Assembly (NCBI GenBank): GCA_041946735.1
Contig: JBHGAY010000027.1
Location: 1-64,000 of the forward strand
From: Candidatus Eiseniibacteriota bacterium
GTDB lineage: Bacteria; Eisenbacteria; RBG-16-71-46; CAIMUX01; VGJL01
Direction: 5' to 3'
Length of the DNA: 64,000 nucleotides
Shown here: in pieces, positions 18,287 through 27,710 of the stretch
How the letters are laid out: the number at the start of each line of letters is the position of its first letter
How positions within the stretch are numbered: position 1 is the stretch's first letter
Notes under the pieces: generated by a model
Told to the model about the DNA's origin: nothing
What the model saw: only the letters and a program-made list of their open reading frames with translations
Database searches by the model: none
Program-made: the position numbers and the translations under genes

Positions 18287-19171
18287 CTACTCGATGTTCG
18301 CGACCTGCTCTCGCAGCCGCTCGGTCTCTTCCTTGATGATGATCACGGAGCGGGCGATCTCGATGTCGGCGTTCTTCGACCCGATCGTGTTCGCCTCGCG
18401 GTTCATCTCTTGAAGGAGGAAGGTGAGCTTGCGGCCCGCCGGCTCCGGCGCGCGGATCAGGTCCCGGAACTGCTGGCAGTGCGCGCGCAGGCGCACACAC
18501 TCCTCAGTCGAGTCGGTCCGATCGGCGAAGAGCACCACTTCCGCTTCGAGTCGCAGCTTCTGGTACTCGGTCTCGGAATCGGACAGGAGTTCCGCTAGCC
18601 GCTCCTGCAAGCGCTCCCGCACCCCCTGTAGGACGAGCGGGATCCGTGCCTCGATCCGGGCGAGGGTCGCGAGGATCGTGTCGATGCGGGCGAGCATGTC
18701 TTTGGAGAGCATCTCCCCCTCGCGCGACTTCATCCGGATCAGGTCGGCGATCGCCCCGTTCAGCGGCGCTTCGAGGAGACGCCAGCCGGCCTCCTCCTCG
18801 TAGTCGTTCTTCTCCCAGGTGATGACGTCGGGCAGTCCGATCAGCGTCGTCAGATCGACGTCGCCGCTGACGCCGATCTTGTCTTTCAGCTCCCGGAGCA
18901 GACTCACGTATCGGCGGGCCGCCGTCTCGTCGACCCGGAGGGTCCCCAACTCGTTCTCTTCGCCGTCGAGCGTGACCGAGAGGGTGATCTTGCCGCGGCT
19001 CAGCCGCGCCTGGACCGCCTCGCGGACCCGGTTCTCGAGGGAGGCGAGACTCTTCGGGAGCCGGATCGAGATCTCGGCGAAGCGATGATTGATCGAGCGG
19101 ATCTCGACGGCGAGGGAACGGCCTGCCTCGCGGGCCTCTGCGCGCCCGTAACCGGTCATGCTCAGCAGCAT
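18287..19171 (-). CDS. yicC: YicC/YloC family endoribonuclease
   Basis: SMTGYG, EIRSINHRF, EECVRLRAH, GRKLTFLLQEMNREANTIGSK, REQVANIE. Confidence 0.95.
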   Translation of the reverse strand: MLLSMTGYGRAEAREAGRSLAVEIRSINHRFAEISIRLPKSLASLENRVREAVQARLSRGKITLSVTLDGEENELGTLRVDETAARRYVSLLRELKDKIGVSGDVDLTTLIGLPDVITWEKNDYEEEAGWRLLEAPLNGAIADLIRMKSREGEMLSKDMLARIDTILATLARIEARIPLVLQGVRERLQERLAELLSDSETEYQKLRLEAEVVLFADRTDSTEECVRLRAHCQQFRDLIRAPEPAGRKLTFLLQEMNREANTIGSKNADIEIARSVIIIKEETERLREQVANIE

Positions 19172-19278
19172 CTATGCCTCCGGGGTTGGATGCCGAATGT
19201 ACCCGATCGGACTGCCCAACGGAAGCTCTGACGAGCCCGTCATGGAGCGCCCTACGCGGCGGTTCGATGCGCGCGCGC

Positions 19279-19505
19279 TGTGGAGAAACCGTGGAGAAAC
19301 CGTGGAGAAGCGATGGAGACGGCGTGGAGACGGTGTCGAGAAGGTGTCGAGAAACGATGACGAGCGAAGGTGGAAAAGCGGTGGAGAAGTGGTCCGGAAG
19401 TGGTCGACGGCGCGGGTGAACGATGGTGGAGAAGCGGTGGAGAAACCGTCGAGACGCGGTGGAAGGAATCCGGAGAGACGGCACGTGGAGAGTCGTCGAC
19501 AGGCG
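19279..19505. repeat. Tandem array of about 20 degenerate units, mostly 11-bp period, core (T/C/G)GTGGAGAA, DnaA-box-like
   Basis: Cores at 19279, 19290, 19301, 19312, 19323, 19334, 19345, 19369, 19380, 19425, 19436, 19447, 19458. The reverse complement TTCTCCACA is one mismatch from TTATCCACA. Confidence 0.8.
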
Positions 19506-19600
19506 GGAACGACGGGACGAAGGACCGCAGAAGACGTGGCAGAGAAGCGCAAGGGACGAGGCTCGAGAGGAGGGCGCGCAAGAGCCTGCGGGAAGGACCG

Positions 19601-19656
19601 GACGAGTTGTGCACCCGGCGGACGAGTTGTGCACATGGGCGGTCGAGTTGTGCACA
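19601..19656. repeat. Three CGAGTTGTGCAC repeats (DnaA-box-like TTGTGCACA) at 20-21 bp spacing
   Basis: TTGTGCACC 19607, TTGTGCACA 19627, TTGTGCACA 19648. Confidence 0.75.
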
Positions 19657-19920
19657 GAGGATGGATGGGGAGAGCGTGGAGAGCCCTCCGGTGTCACCAG
19701 GGACGGCCAGCCAGGCCGGGCCGGCCGTCCCCGGCCGGCCGGAGGCGCGGCGCTCCTCGGCCGGGTGGCCCGGCAGCCCTCGAACTTTTCTCGTTTTCTT
19801 CGGATGGTGCGTCGATCCCTGTCACCCCCCAGGCGTGACGATGCTCTTGGCCGTGCGGGGCGGCCGCGACTGTTCACGTTCCTCGACGCTGCCGACCTGG
19901 ACCAGGCTATCCGGAGCCGC

Positions 19921-19963
19921 CCCGCCAGCCCTCTGCCCGCCAGCCCTCTGCCCGCCAGCCCTC
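19921..19963. repeat. 15-bp tandem repeat, about 3 copies (CCCGCCAGCCCTCTG)
   Basis: Read directly from the sequence upstream of rqcH. Confidence 0.7.
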
Positions 19964-20042
19964 CGTCCTCGGCCTCCGCCGTTCTCTGGTACACTGCGGC
20001 GACGAGCGGACCGGCCGATCGCCCGGTCCGCTCGTCCATCCC

Positions 20043-22082
20043 ATGGAATCGCGAATCCTCGAAGCATCGCGCGCGGCGCTCCTCGCGCAGACGGGCTCGC
20101 GCGCGCAGATCATCGATGGCTCCCGGCCATCCCCCGACCGGCTGGAGCTGCTGCTCGAGCGCGGCGAGGGGGAGGGACGGGCGCGCCTCTCGATCGATCT
20201 CGCGCCGGCGCGCGCCTGCCTCTACCTGGCTCGGCCCGACGCGACGGTAGCCGCCGCCCCCGACGAGGCGATCCGCGCGCTGCTCGCGGGATGCTGGATC
20301 ACCGGCGCTACGACGGCACCCGAATCGCCGGTGCTGTTCCTCGATCTGGCCGAGCGCCCGGGGGAGGGCGCGGAGCCGGAGAAGTGTCTCGTCCTCGAGT
20401 GGCTGGGCGGGCGTCCCGGTGTCCTGCTCGTCCACTCCCGCTCGAGAGAGGTCGAGGCGGCCCTGCTGGGCGACGAGGGTCCGCAGGCGGCGCGGCGCGC
20501 GCGCGGGGTGCGCTACGAGCCGCCCGCCGTCGCCCGGCGTCCCGCATACGCGCACGCGACGGCTGAACTGGTCGCGCACGCGCTCGAGCGGGCGGGAGGT
20601 TCGGGCAACGACGGCGTCGTTGGGATTCCCGGCGGGCGCGGCCGCGGCCCTGGCCACGCGCACGACCGCCCCGACGCTCATACGCGCTCCCACACGCACG
20701 CCCACAAGCGCCACGACACGCACGCCCACACCCGCACCAAGGCTCAAGCCCTCTCGCGCGGCTTCGCCGACCTTCCCGTCTGGCTGGCATACGAGGCGAT
20801 CGCGGCGGCCGGCGCCGGCGATCCGGAGTCGATCGCGCACGCGCTGCAATGGCTCGCCGCGGCTCCTTTCGAGCCGACCCTCTACCGGGTCCGCGACGCC
20901 CGGCTCGCCCTGGAGCTTCCCGCCTCCTTCGTCAGTCCGGTGCCTCTCGCCTCGCTTGCCGAGCATCGAAGCGAGCGGCCCGGATCGCTCTTCGCCCTCC
21001 TCGAGCAGGCGCACCGGATCGTCCTGCGGGAAGAGGCGCATCGGAAGACGGCCGAGCGGCTCGAGCGTCTCATCGCGGCCGAAGAGCGGAGGCTCCTGCG
21101 CCTCCACGAGAAGCTGCGCGAGGAAGGGCGGGAGGCGGCGAATGCCTCGCTCGTCCGAAGGCAGGCTCAGGCGCTACTCATCGAGGGAGCGAGGGTGCCG
21201 CGGGGGGCGGCCGAGATCGTCTGCCCGGATCCGACGGACCCGGCGGCCATGCTGAAGATCCCTCTCGACCCGGCGAAAAGCGGCCCGGCCAACGCGGACC
21301 TTCTCTTTCGGCGGGCGCGGCGCCTCGAGCGCGGGCAGCCGGTCCGCGAGAAGCGGATTCGCACGATCGAGAAGGCGGCGGCGCGCCTGTCCGAGCTGCG
21401 CGAGCGTCTGCGGCGCGACCCGGCCGGGGTTGCCGCGAAGGGGGCCGAGCCGCTGCGCGAGGCGCTGGGGACGCTCGCCCGGAGCGAATCGATCGAAGCG
21501 TGGCGCGCGGCCGCCGGAGGGCGGCCCGCGGGCGCAGGAGCATCCTCCTCCTCGTCCTCAGGGTCCTCCTCGTCCCGGTCCTCAGCCTCGTCCCGGTCCT
21601 CGGCGTCGTCCTCGTCCTCGGTGCCGTCCTCGTCCGGAGCCGCGTCGTCGTCTCGTCCCCGCCGGCCCGAAGAGCGCTTCCACCCGCGTGTCTTCAAGAC
21701 GAGCGAGGGATGGACCGTCCTGGTCGGACGGTCGAACGAGGAGAACGACTACGTGACCCATCGCCTCGCCGCTCCGGAGGACTACTGGTTCCACGCCCAT
21801 GGCTGCCCGGGAAGCCACGTGGTCCTGAAGCGGGAGGGCCGGAAGGACAACCCGAGCGTCCGGACGATCGAGGAGGCGGCGTCGATCGCCGCCTACTACA
21901 GCAAGTCCCGCACGTCGAAGCGTGCGCCGGTGATTTATACTCTCAAGAAGTACGTTCGCAGGCCGCGCAAGGGACCGGCGGGGCTGGCTCTCGTGGTTCG
22001 TGAGAAGTCGATTCTCGTGGAGCCGCGGGCTCCGGCCGGATCCGACTCGATCCCTTGGGACGAGGAAGACTCGACAGCCTGA
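20043..22082 (+). CDS. rqcH: Rqc2/RqcH (NFACT/FbpA) ribosome quality control family protein
   Basis: IPLDPAKS...NA...F..ARRL coiled-coil region. NFACT-R: VGRSNEEND, DYWFHAHGCPGSHVVL, AASIAAYYSK, KKYVRRP. Divergent N-terminus. Confidence 0.85.
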   Translation: MESRILEASRAALLAQTGSRAQIIDGSRPSPDRLELLLERGEGEGRARLSIDLAPARACLYLARPDATVAAAPDEAIRALLAGCWITGATTAPESPVLFLDLAERPGEGAEPEKCLVLEWLGGRPGVLLVHSRSREVEAALLGDEGPQAARRARGVRYEPPAVARRPAYAHATAELVAHALERAGGSGNDGVVGIPGGRGRGPGHAHDRPDAHTRSHTHAHKRHDTHAHTRTKAQALSRGFADLPVWLAYEAIAAAGAGDPESIAHALQWLAAAPFEPTLYRVRDARLALELPASFVSPVPLASLAEHRSERPGSLFALLEQAHRIVLREEAHRKTAERLERLIAAEERRLLRLHEKLREEGREAANASLVRRQAQALLIEGARVPRGAAEIVCPDPTDPAAMLKIPLDPAKSGPANADLLFRRARRLERGQPVREKRIRTIEKAAARLSELRERLRRDPAGVAAKGAEPLREALGTLARSESIEAWRAAAGGRPAGAGASSSSSSGSSSSRSSASSRSSASSSSSVPSSSGAASSSRPRRPEERFHPRVFKTSEGWTVLVGRSNEENDYVTHRLAAPEDYWFHAHGCPGSHVVLKREGRKDNPSVRTIEEAASIAAYYSKSRTSKRAPVIYTLKKYVRRPRKGPAGLALVVREKSILVEPRAPAGSDSIPWDEEDSTA

Positions 22083-22107
22083 GATCCTGCATCTCGCGGA
22101 GGAGTCC

Positions 22108-23439
22108 ATGTCCCGCCGTGGCCTGCCGAAGGCGCACCAGCACCTTGCCCGCCGCCAGCCGCAGCCGCACCAGCACCTCGCCCGCCGCAGCGCGCCGTGG
22201 ACCCGTCTGCTCGGCGCCGTCCTGGCGGTCGCCGCTGCGTCGGCGACCCTCACTGCGCCGGCCCGCGCGGCCGACCGCGCCGTCATCGTCGTCCTCGACG
22301 GGCTGCGTTCGAGCGAGGGCTTCGACGATCCCGATCATCGGTTCATCCCTCGGATGGCGCTCGATCTCGCCCCGCAAGGGGCTCTCGCGCGCGTCTGCGC
22401 GAACCTCGGCTCGACCCACACGGTCGCCGGCCACAGCACGATCGGTTCCGGGCGCTACCAGACGCTCGCAGAGGACGGAACGGAACGGCCGCAGTATCCG
22501 CTGCTGTGGGAGTACTTCCGGCATCAGACGGGGCTCTCGGCGAATGCGACGGTCCTCGTCACGATGAAGTCGAAGATCAAGCCCCTCTCCTACAGCACCT
22601 ACCCGGGCTATGGCGCGCCCGACAGCGCCCGGGTCATCGGTCCGACGTGGAGCGACTTCCTGGTGCTCGACCAGTTCCTCACCGACATGGCGGCGCACCA
22701 TCCGATCGTCTCGTTCCTGAACCTCGGCGGAATCGACACCTTCGCGCATACCGGCGACTGGGCCCGCTATACCTGGGCGATCGGCATCGCCGACTCGCTC
22801 GTCTCCGTCCTCTGGGATCGGATCGAGGCGGACCCGTTCTATGCCGGGCGTACCGCGCTGATCGTCACCGGGGATCACGGTCGCCACGCGGACGGCTACG
22901 GAGACTGGAAAGACCACGGAGATGGATGTCCCGGCTGCAGGAGGATTCCGCTGCTCTGCCTCGGCCCGGACTTCCAGCCCGGCATCGAGTCCTGGACCCC
23001 CTGCGAGCAGATCGACATCTGCAAGACGCTCGGGAGCCTGCTCGGCGTGGCGACGCCGGTCGCCTCGGGCAGGATCCTGCAGGAGCTGCTCGCCGTGCCC
23101 GCCGCCGCGGGAGAGCCGGCCGGCGAAGGACAGACGGCGCTTTCGATCACGACCGACGGCCTCTGCGTGCGCTTCCGGCCGATCGGGGTCGACTTGCGCT
23201 CACTACGGATCTTCGACGTGAGCGGGCGGCAGATGGACAGTGCCGGCCGGCTCTCCGGTGGGGCCGCATGGTCGTGGACCGCCCCGGTCCGCGGCGTCTA
23301 CTACTACAAAGCCGAGGGCCGGGCCGAGCACGAGGGGGACGACCAAGGCGGGCGCCAGCCGGGGGGGCACGGCGCGGACCGGCAGCCGTCCGGGCCGCCG
23401 GTGGCGCCGAGCTGGACGGGCTCCGTGCCCCTGCGCTAG
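22108..23439 (+). CDS. Secreted alkaline-phosphatase-superfamily enzyme with a reduced FlgD/T9SS-like C-terminal domain
   Basis: Signal peptide (APARA-A), VVLDGLR, TVAGHSTI, DTFAH, GDHG. Tail IFDVSGRQ...GVYYYK. Confidence 0.75.
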   Translation: MSRRGLPKAHQHLARRQPQPHQHLARRSAPWTRLLGAVLAVAAASATLTAPARAADRAVIVVLDGLRSSEGFDDPDHRFIPRMALDLAPQGALARVCANLGSTHTVAGHSTIGSGRYQTLAEDGTERPQYPLLWEYFRHQTGLSANATVLVTMKSKIKPLSYSTYPGYGAPDSARVIGPTWSDFLVLDQFLTDMAAHHPIVSFLNLGGIDTFAHTGDWARYTWAIGIADSLVSVLWDRIEADPFYAGRTALIVTGDHGRHADGYGDWKDHGDGCPGCRRIPLLCLGPDFQPGIESWTPCEQIDICKTLGSLLGVATPVASGRILQELLAVPAAAGEPAGEGQTALSITTDGLCVRFRPIGVDLRSLRIFDVSGRQMDSAGRLSGGAAWSWTAPVRGVYYYKAEGRAEHEGDDQGGRQPGGHGADRQPSGPPVAPSWTGSVPLR

Positions 23440-23456
23440 GACAGGCCCGATCGAGA

Positions 23457-24086
23457 TCAGCGCAGCGTCCAGACCTCGACGCGCCGCTCGTACGCCTGCC
23501 GGATCTTCTCGAACTCCTTCGCTCTCGACGTCCGGTCGCCTGCGCTCGCCAGATTCAGATTCGATTCGGGGATTCCGAGGTCCACGAGCGCCTTGCCCGC
23601 CGCCTCCGCGCGGCGCATGCCCAGCGCCTCCGCGCCCGAATGCTCCTGCACGCTGTCGGCGAACCCCACGACCAGCAGCCGGGCCGTCTCGAGGCTCCCC
23701 GCGCTCCGCAGCTTCTCGATCGCCAGCTTCGCCGCCCCGCGGGCCTCGGGATCGAGCGACGCGGACCCCGCCTTGGGGAAGTTCCAGACGATGATGCGTT
23801 CTTGCGGGCTGCCCTGGACGCCGGGACCGAGGTCGATCTCGTAGCTCCAGGTCGCCGGCGCCACCTCCTCGGGCGATCCGGTGGCGATCGGCTCGTCGAT
23901 TGCGCCGGGCGCGCTCTGCGTCTTCTTCCCGCCGCAGCCGGCCGAGAGCGACAAGACGAGCGCGACTCCCAGGAGGAGCGCGAGAAGGAGGCTCGCGCCC
24001 CCGCTGGAACGCTGGATCCCGGAAAGAGACCTTGTGGAACGGCGATGCCCGGAACGCGAACCGAGGGAACGGGAATCGATGGTCAC
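23457..24086 (-). CDS. OmpA-family peptidoglycan-binding lipoprotein
   Basis: Lipobox LSAGC, VVGFAD, LGMRRAEA, RRVEV. Start approximate. Confidence 0.8.
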   Translation of the reverse strand: MTIDSRSLGSRSGHRRSTRSLSGIQRSSGGASLLLALLLGVALVLSLSAGCGGKKTQSAPGAIDEPIATGSPEEVAPATWSYEIDLGPGVQGSPQERIIVWNFPKAGSASLDPEARGAAKLAIEKLRSAGSLETARLLVVGFADSVQEHSGAEALGMRRAEAAGKALVDLGIPESNLNLASAGDRTSRAKEFEKIRQAYERRVEVWTLR

Positions 24087-24277
24087 GTCACACCCCCTTT
24101 GGACCGTGTGGCCGGGCACCATGCCGGCGCCCGACGACGAGGCACGGCGAGGATCCGCGTCCCCCGGGCTCTCGTCAAGGCAGCGTGCCGCACCCGCCCA
24201 ACGTTCTTGCGGGGCAGTATCTTGCCGCCTCCCGCCAGCGGGGGTATCGTCCGGCCCACAGGAGGTCCCCCCGAGAG

Positions 24278-25549
24278 ATGGATGCGATCGAGATCGTGGG
24301 CGGCAAAAGACTGTCCGGCGAGATACCGATCAGCGGCGCGAAGAACGCCGCGCTCCCGATGATGACCGCCTCGCTGCTGCTTTCGGGCGAGACGAGAATC
24401 CGCAACGTCCCTCATCTGCGCGACATCGTCACGATGCTCGAGCTGCTGCGCCTGCTCGGCGTCGAAGGCGGCTATGAGGACCATTCGCTCCGCCTCGACG
24501 CGACGAACATCGTGAGCACCGAGGCTCCGTATGATCTCGTGCGCCAGATGCGCGCCTCGATCTACGTGCTCGGGCCTCTCCTCGCCCGCTGCGGGCGCGC
24601 GCGCGTCTCGCTTCCTGGGGGCTGCGCCTGGGGCCCGCGCCCCGTCGACCTTCACATCAAAGGGATGGAGGCGCTCGGCGCGACGGTCAACCTGGAGCAC
24701 GGCTACATCATGGCGACCTGCGAGGGCCGCCTCCGCGGCAATAGGATCGCCTTCGACATTTCGAGCGTCGGCGCGACCGGCAATGTGATGATGGCCGCCA
24801 CTCTCGCTCGCGGCACGACGCGGATCGAGAACGCCGCTTGCGAGCCGGACATCGTCGCCCTCGCCGACTTCCTCATCGCGGCCGGCGCAAAGATCCGCGG
24901 ACACGGAACGAAGACGATCGAGATCGAGGGGGTCGACTCCCTCCATCCGGTCGCCTTCACGAACATTCCGGACCGGATTGAGACCGGCACCTACCTCGCG
25001 GCCGGCGCGATCACCGGCGGCGAAATCATCGCGACAGGGGCGCGGCCGGAGCACGTCGAGATCGTCCTCGCCCGCTTGCAGGAGATGGGCTGCGCGATCC
25101 ACTGCGAGGGGGACCGCATTTCGCTTCGCCGCGACGGACCGCTGCGCGCCGTCAGCCTCCGCACGGAGGTCTACCCCGGCTTCCCGACCGACCTGCAGGC
25201 GCAGTTCATGGCGTTGCTCTGCGTCGCCGAAGGCACGGGGGTAATCACCGAGACGATCTACTTCGATCGCTTCACGCACGTCCCGGAGCTGACCCGGTTC
25301 GGCGCCAACATCTCGCTGCAGGGCAACGTCGCGACCGTCCGCGGGGTCGGGCAGCTCCAGGGCGCGAGGGTGATGTCGACCGACATCCGCGCCTCCTCCG
25401 CCCTGCTCCTCGCGGGGCTCGTCGCGGGAGGCACGACGACCGTCTCGCGCATCTACCACATCGATCGCGGCTACGAGGCGATCGAGCGGAAGCTCGCCGG
25501 CGCGGGCGCGTCGATCCGGCGGATCCAGCTGGACGATCCCCTCGGGTGA
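24278..25549 (+). CDS. murA: UDP-N-acetylglucosamine 1-carboxyvinyltransferase
   Basis: ISGAKNAALP, MRAS, LPGGCAWGPRPVDLH (catalytic Cys), PDRIETGT, YPGFPTDLQ, IDRGYE. Confidence 0.97.
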   Translation: MDAIEIVGGKRLSGEIPISGAKNAALPMMTASLLLSGETRIRNVPHLRDIVTMLELLRLLGVEGGYEDHSLRLDATNIVSTEAPYDLVRQMRASIYVLGPLLARCGRARVSLPGGCAWGPRPVDLHIKGMEALGATVNLEHGYIMATCEGRLRGNRIAFDISSVGATGNVMMAATLARGTTRIENAACEPDIVALADFLIAAGAKIRGHGTKTIEIEGVDSLHPVAFTNIPDRIETGTYLAAGAITGGEIIATGARPEHVEIVLARLQEMGCAIHCEGDRISLRRDGPLRAVSLRTEVYPGFPTDLQAQFMALLCVAEGTGVITETIYFDRFTHVPELTRFGANISLQGNVATVRGVGQLQGARVMSTDIRASSALLLAGLVAGGTTTVSRIYHIDRGYEAIERKLAGAGASIRRIQLDDPLG

Positions 25550-25569
25550 TCGGGATCGTGCCCGGATGA
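25546..25569 (+). CDS. Putative 7-aa bridging mini-ORF (MIGIVPG), murA to selB
   Basis: GTG 25546 overlaps the murA TGA (25547-49). Its TGA 25567-69 overlaps the selB ATG at 25566. Confidence 0.35.
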   Translation: MIGIVPG

Positions 25570-27494
25570 CCCAGCGACGTCCCTGCATCATCGGCACCGC
25601 CGGCCATATCGATCACGGCAAGACGCTCCTGATCCGGATGCTCACCGGGATCGACACCGACCGTCTCAAGGAAGAGCGGGAGCGGGGCATCTCGATCGAA
25701 TTGGGTTTCGCCTCCCTGACGACTCCCTCGGGAGTCCGCTGCGGCGTGATCGACGTGCCGGGACACGAGCGCTTCATCCGCAACATGCTCGCAGGCGCGG
25801 GAGGGATCGACGTCATCCTGCTCGTCATTGCGGCGGACGAGGGGGTGATGCCGCAGACCCGCGAGCATCTCGACATCGTCGATCTCCTCGGCGCGCACAC
25901 CGGTGTCGTCGCCTTGACGAAGATCGACATGGTCGATCCCGAATGGCGTGAACTGGTCCTGGAGGACGTCCGCTCCTATCTGCAGAGCACCTGCCTTGCG
26001 AGCGCGCCGATCGTCCCGGTTTCCGCGGTGACCGGCGAAGGGAAGGAGGATCTGCTCGCGGCGCTCGATCGTGTCGTCGCCACGGCGGACCTCTCCCCGC
26101 GCGGCAAGTTCACCCGGCTGCCGGTCGATCGCGTCTTCACCATGCAGGGTTTCGGGACTGTCGTCACCGGGACCCTGTGGGCCGGGAAGCTCCGCGAAGG
26201 CGACAAGCTGCGGATCCTCCCCGGCGACGAGGAGACACGGATCAAGTCGCTCGAGGTGCACAACGAACGGGTGAGCGAGGCGATGGCAGGCCAACGGGTC
26301 GCCGTCTCGCTCCATGCCATTCCCCGCGAGGAGATTTCGCGCGGCGACTGGCTCGTCGCCGGCAAAGCCCCACCGCTGGTCGATCTCCTGCAGGCGCGCG
26401 CCCGCTGCGTGCGGAACAGTCCCTATCCGATCAAGAACCGGATGCGCATCCGCTTCTACCTCGGCGCGAGCGAGGTGCTCGGCCGCGTGACCCCGCTGGA
26501 GACGGAGGAGATCCTCCCCGGGCAGGAAGGGCTCGTGCAGATCCGCTTCGAGTCGCCGGTTCTTGCCGAGAGAGGGGACCGCTTCGTGCTCCGCTCCTAC
26601 TCGCCGATGCACACGATCGCCGGCGGCGACGTGCTCGACGTGTCCGGCCAGCGCCGCCGTCGCTTCCATGAGGCCGATCTGGCGGCGCTCCATCTCGCGG
26701 AGTTGGGCAGCCTCGACGAGAGGATCGCGGGCGCGGTCGAGGCGGCCGGAGCGATGGGCCTCCCGGAGGCCGATCTCGCCGGAAAGCTCGGGCAGCCTCC
26801 CGCCGAGGTCGCGGCGGCGACCGCCCAGGTTCTCGAGAGCGGCGCGATCGAGCGGATCGGCCGCGGCATCCTGGTTTCGCGCGCAGCGATCGAGCAGGCC
26901 GGAGGGAAGATGGCCGCCCTCCTGCTCGAGCACCAGAAGAAAAACCCGCTGCGCTGGGGACTGTCGAAAAGCGAGCTGAAGAGCCGGCTGGAGAAGCAGG
27001 TCCATCCCGATCTCATCGAATCGTTGATCTCCCGTGAAGAGCGAGCCGGCGTGTTGCACATCCGCGGCGACCGCTTGCGCCACGGCGAGGCCGAGCTTCG
27101 CTTGCCTCCGAAGATGGCGCAGGCGCGAGAGAGGATTCTGAAGGAGCTGGAGACGCGCGCGTTCGCCGCGCCGTCGATGAAGGAGCTGCTCGAGTCGGCC
27201 GGTTCTCCGCCCGACGGGGAGGATCTGCTCAATCTGCTCATTCAGAATGGCGAGGTGGCGAAGATCCCACCCGATTTGCTCTTCGCCGCCGGGAGAATCG
27301 AGGAGATGCGATCGCTGCTCCAGAACTTCTTCGAAAAGAGCGAGGAGCTGGGGGTCGCGGCTCTGAAGGAGATCCTCGGCGTGTCGCGCAAGCAGGCGGT
27401 CCCGCTTCTCGAGTGGCTCGATCGCAACCGGTGGACCGAACGGCACGGGGACGTCCGGACGGAGGGGCCGAAGCTCCGCACGCCCGCACCCTGA
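25566..27494 (+). CDS. selB: Selenocysteine-specific elongation factor
   Basis: GTAGHIDHGKT, DRLKEERERGISIELGF, DVPGHERF, TKID, winged-helix C-terminus SRKQAVPLLEWLD...R.GDVR. Confidence 0.95.
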   Translation: MTQRRPCIIGTAGHIDHGKTLLIRMLTGIDTDRLKEERERGISIELGFASLTTPSGVRCGVIDVPGHERFIRNMLAGAGGIDVILLVIAADEGVMPQTREHLDIVDLLGAHTGVVALTKIDMVDPEWRELVLEDVRSYLQSTCLASAPIVPVSAVTGEGKEDLLAALDRVVATADLSPRGKFTRLPVDRVFTMQGFGTVVTGTLWAGKLREGDKLRILPGDEETRIKSLEVHNERVSEAMAGQRVAVSLHAIPREEISRGDWLVAGKAPPLVDLLQARARCVRNSPYPIKNRMRIRFYLGASEVLGRVTPLETEEILPGQEGLVQIRFESPVLAERGDRFVLRSYSPMHTIAGGDVLDVSGQRRRRFHEADLAALHLAELGSLDERIAGAVEAAGAMGLPEADLAGKLGQPPAEVAAATAQVLESGAIERIGRGILVSRAAIEQAGGKMAALLLEHQKKNPLRWGLSKSELKSRLEKQVHPDLIESLISREERAGVLHIRGDRLRHGEAELRLPPKMAQARERILKELETRAFAAPSMKELLESAGSPPDGEDLLNLLIQNGEVAKIPPDLLFAAGRIEEMRSLLQNFFEKSEELGVAALKEILGVSRKQAVPLLEWLDRNRWTERHGDVRTEGPKLRTPAP

Positions 27495-27710
27495 GCCTAC
27501 CCGCCTGCCCGGCTGCCACCCACCTGCCCTCGAGCCCGTGCCCGTCCCCCGTCCCCCATCCCGTCACGCGCCCACCTGCTCGTACCGGAAATCCTCCCAT
27601 TTTCTTGGAAAAGCCCTGCCGGATCGTCCTTGCGGGGTGTAGAATTGCCGCCACGAAGCAGACCGTGGCCGGACTGCGAGCTAGCGAGCCCTTTGGAATG
27701 AGCCGGAGGA

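Noticed and set aside
19279..19656. Repeat region as a CRISPR array
   Set aside because: Units are 11-21 bp, tandem and degenerate, with no unique spacers and no cas genes.
19158..19838. ORFs across the 11-bp array (e.g. 226 aa on +)
   Set aside because: The same words (VEK, WR, GET) appear in all frames, as expected for a non-triplet DNA repeat. No protein-like features.
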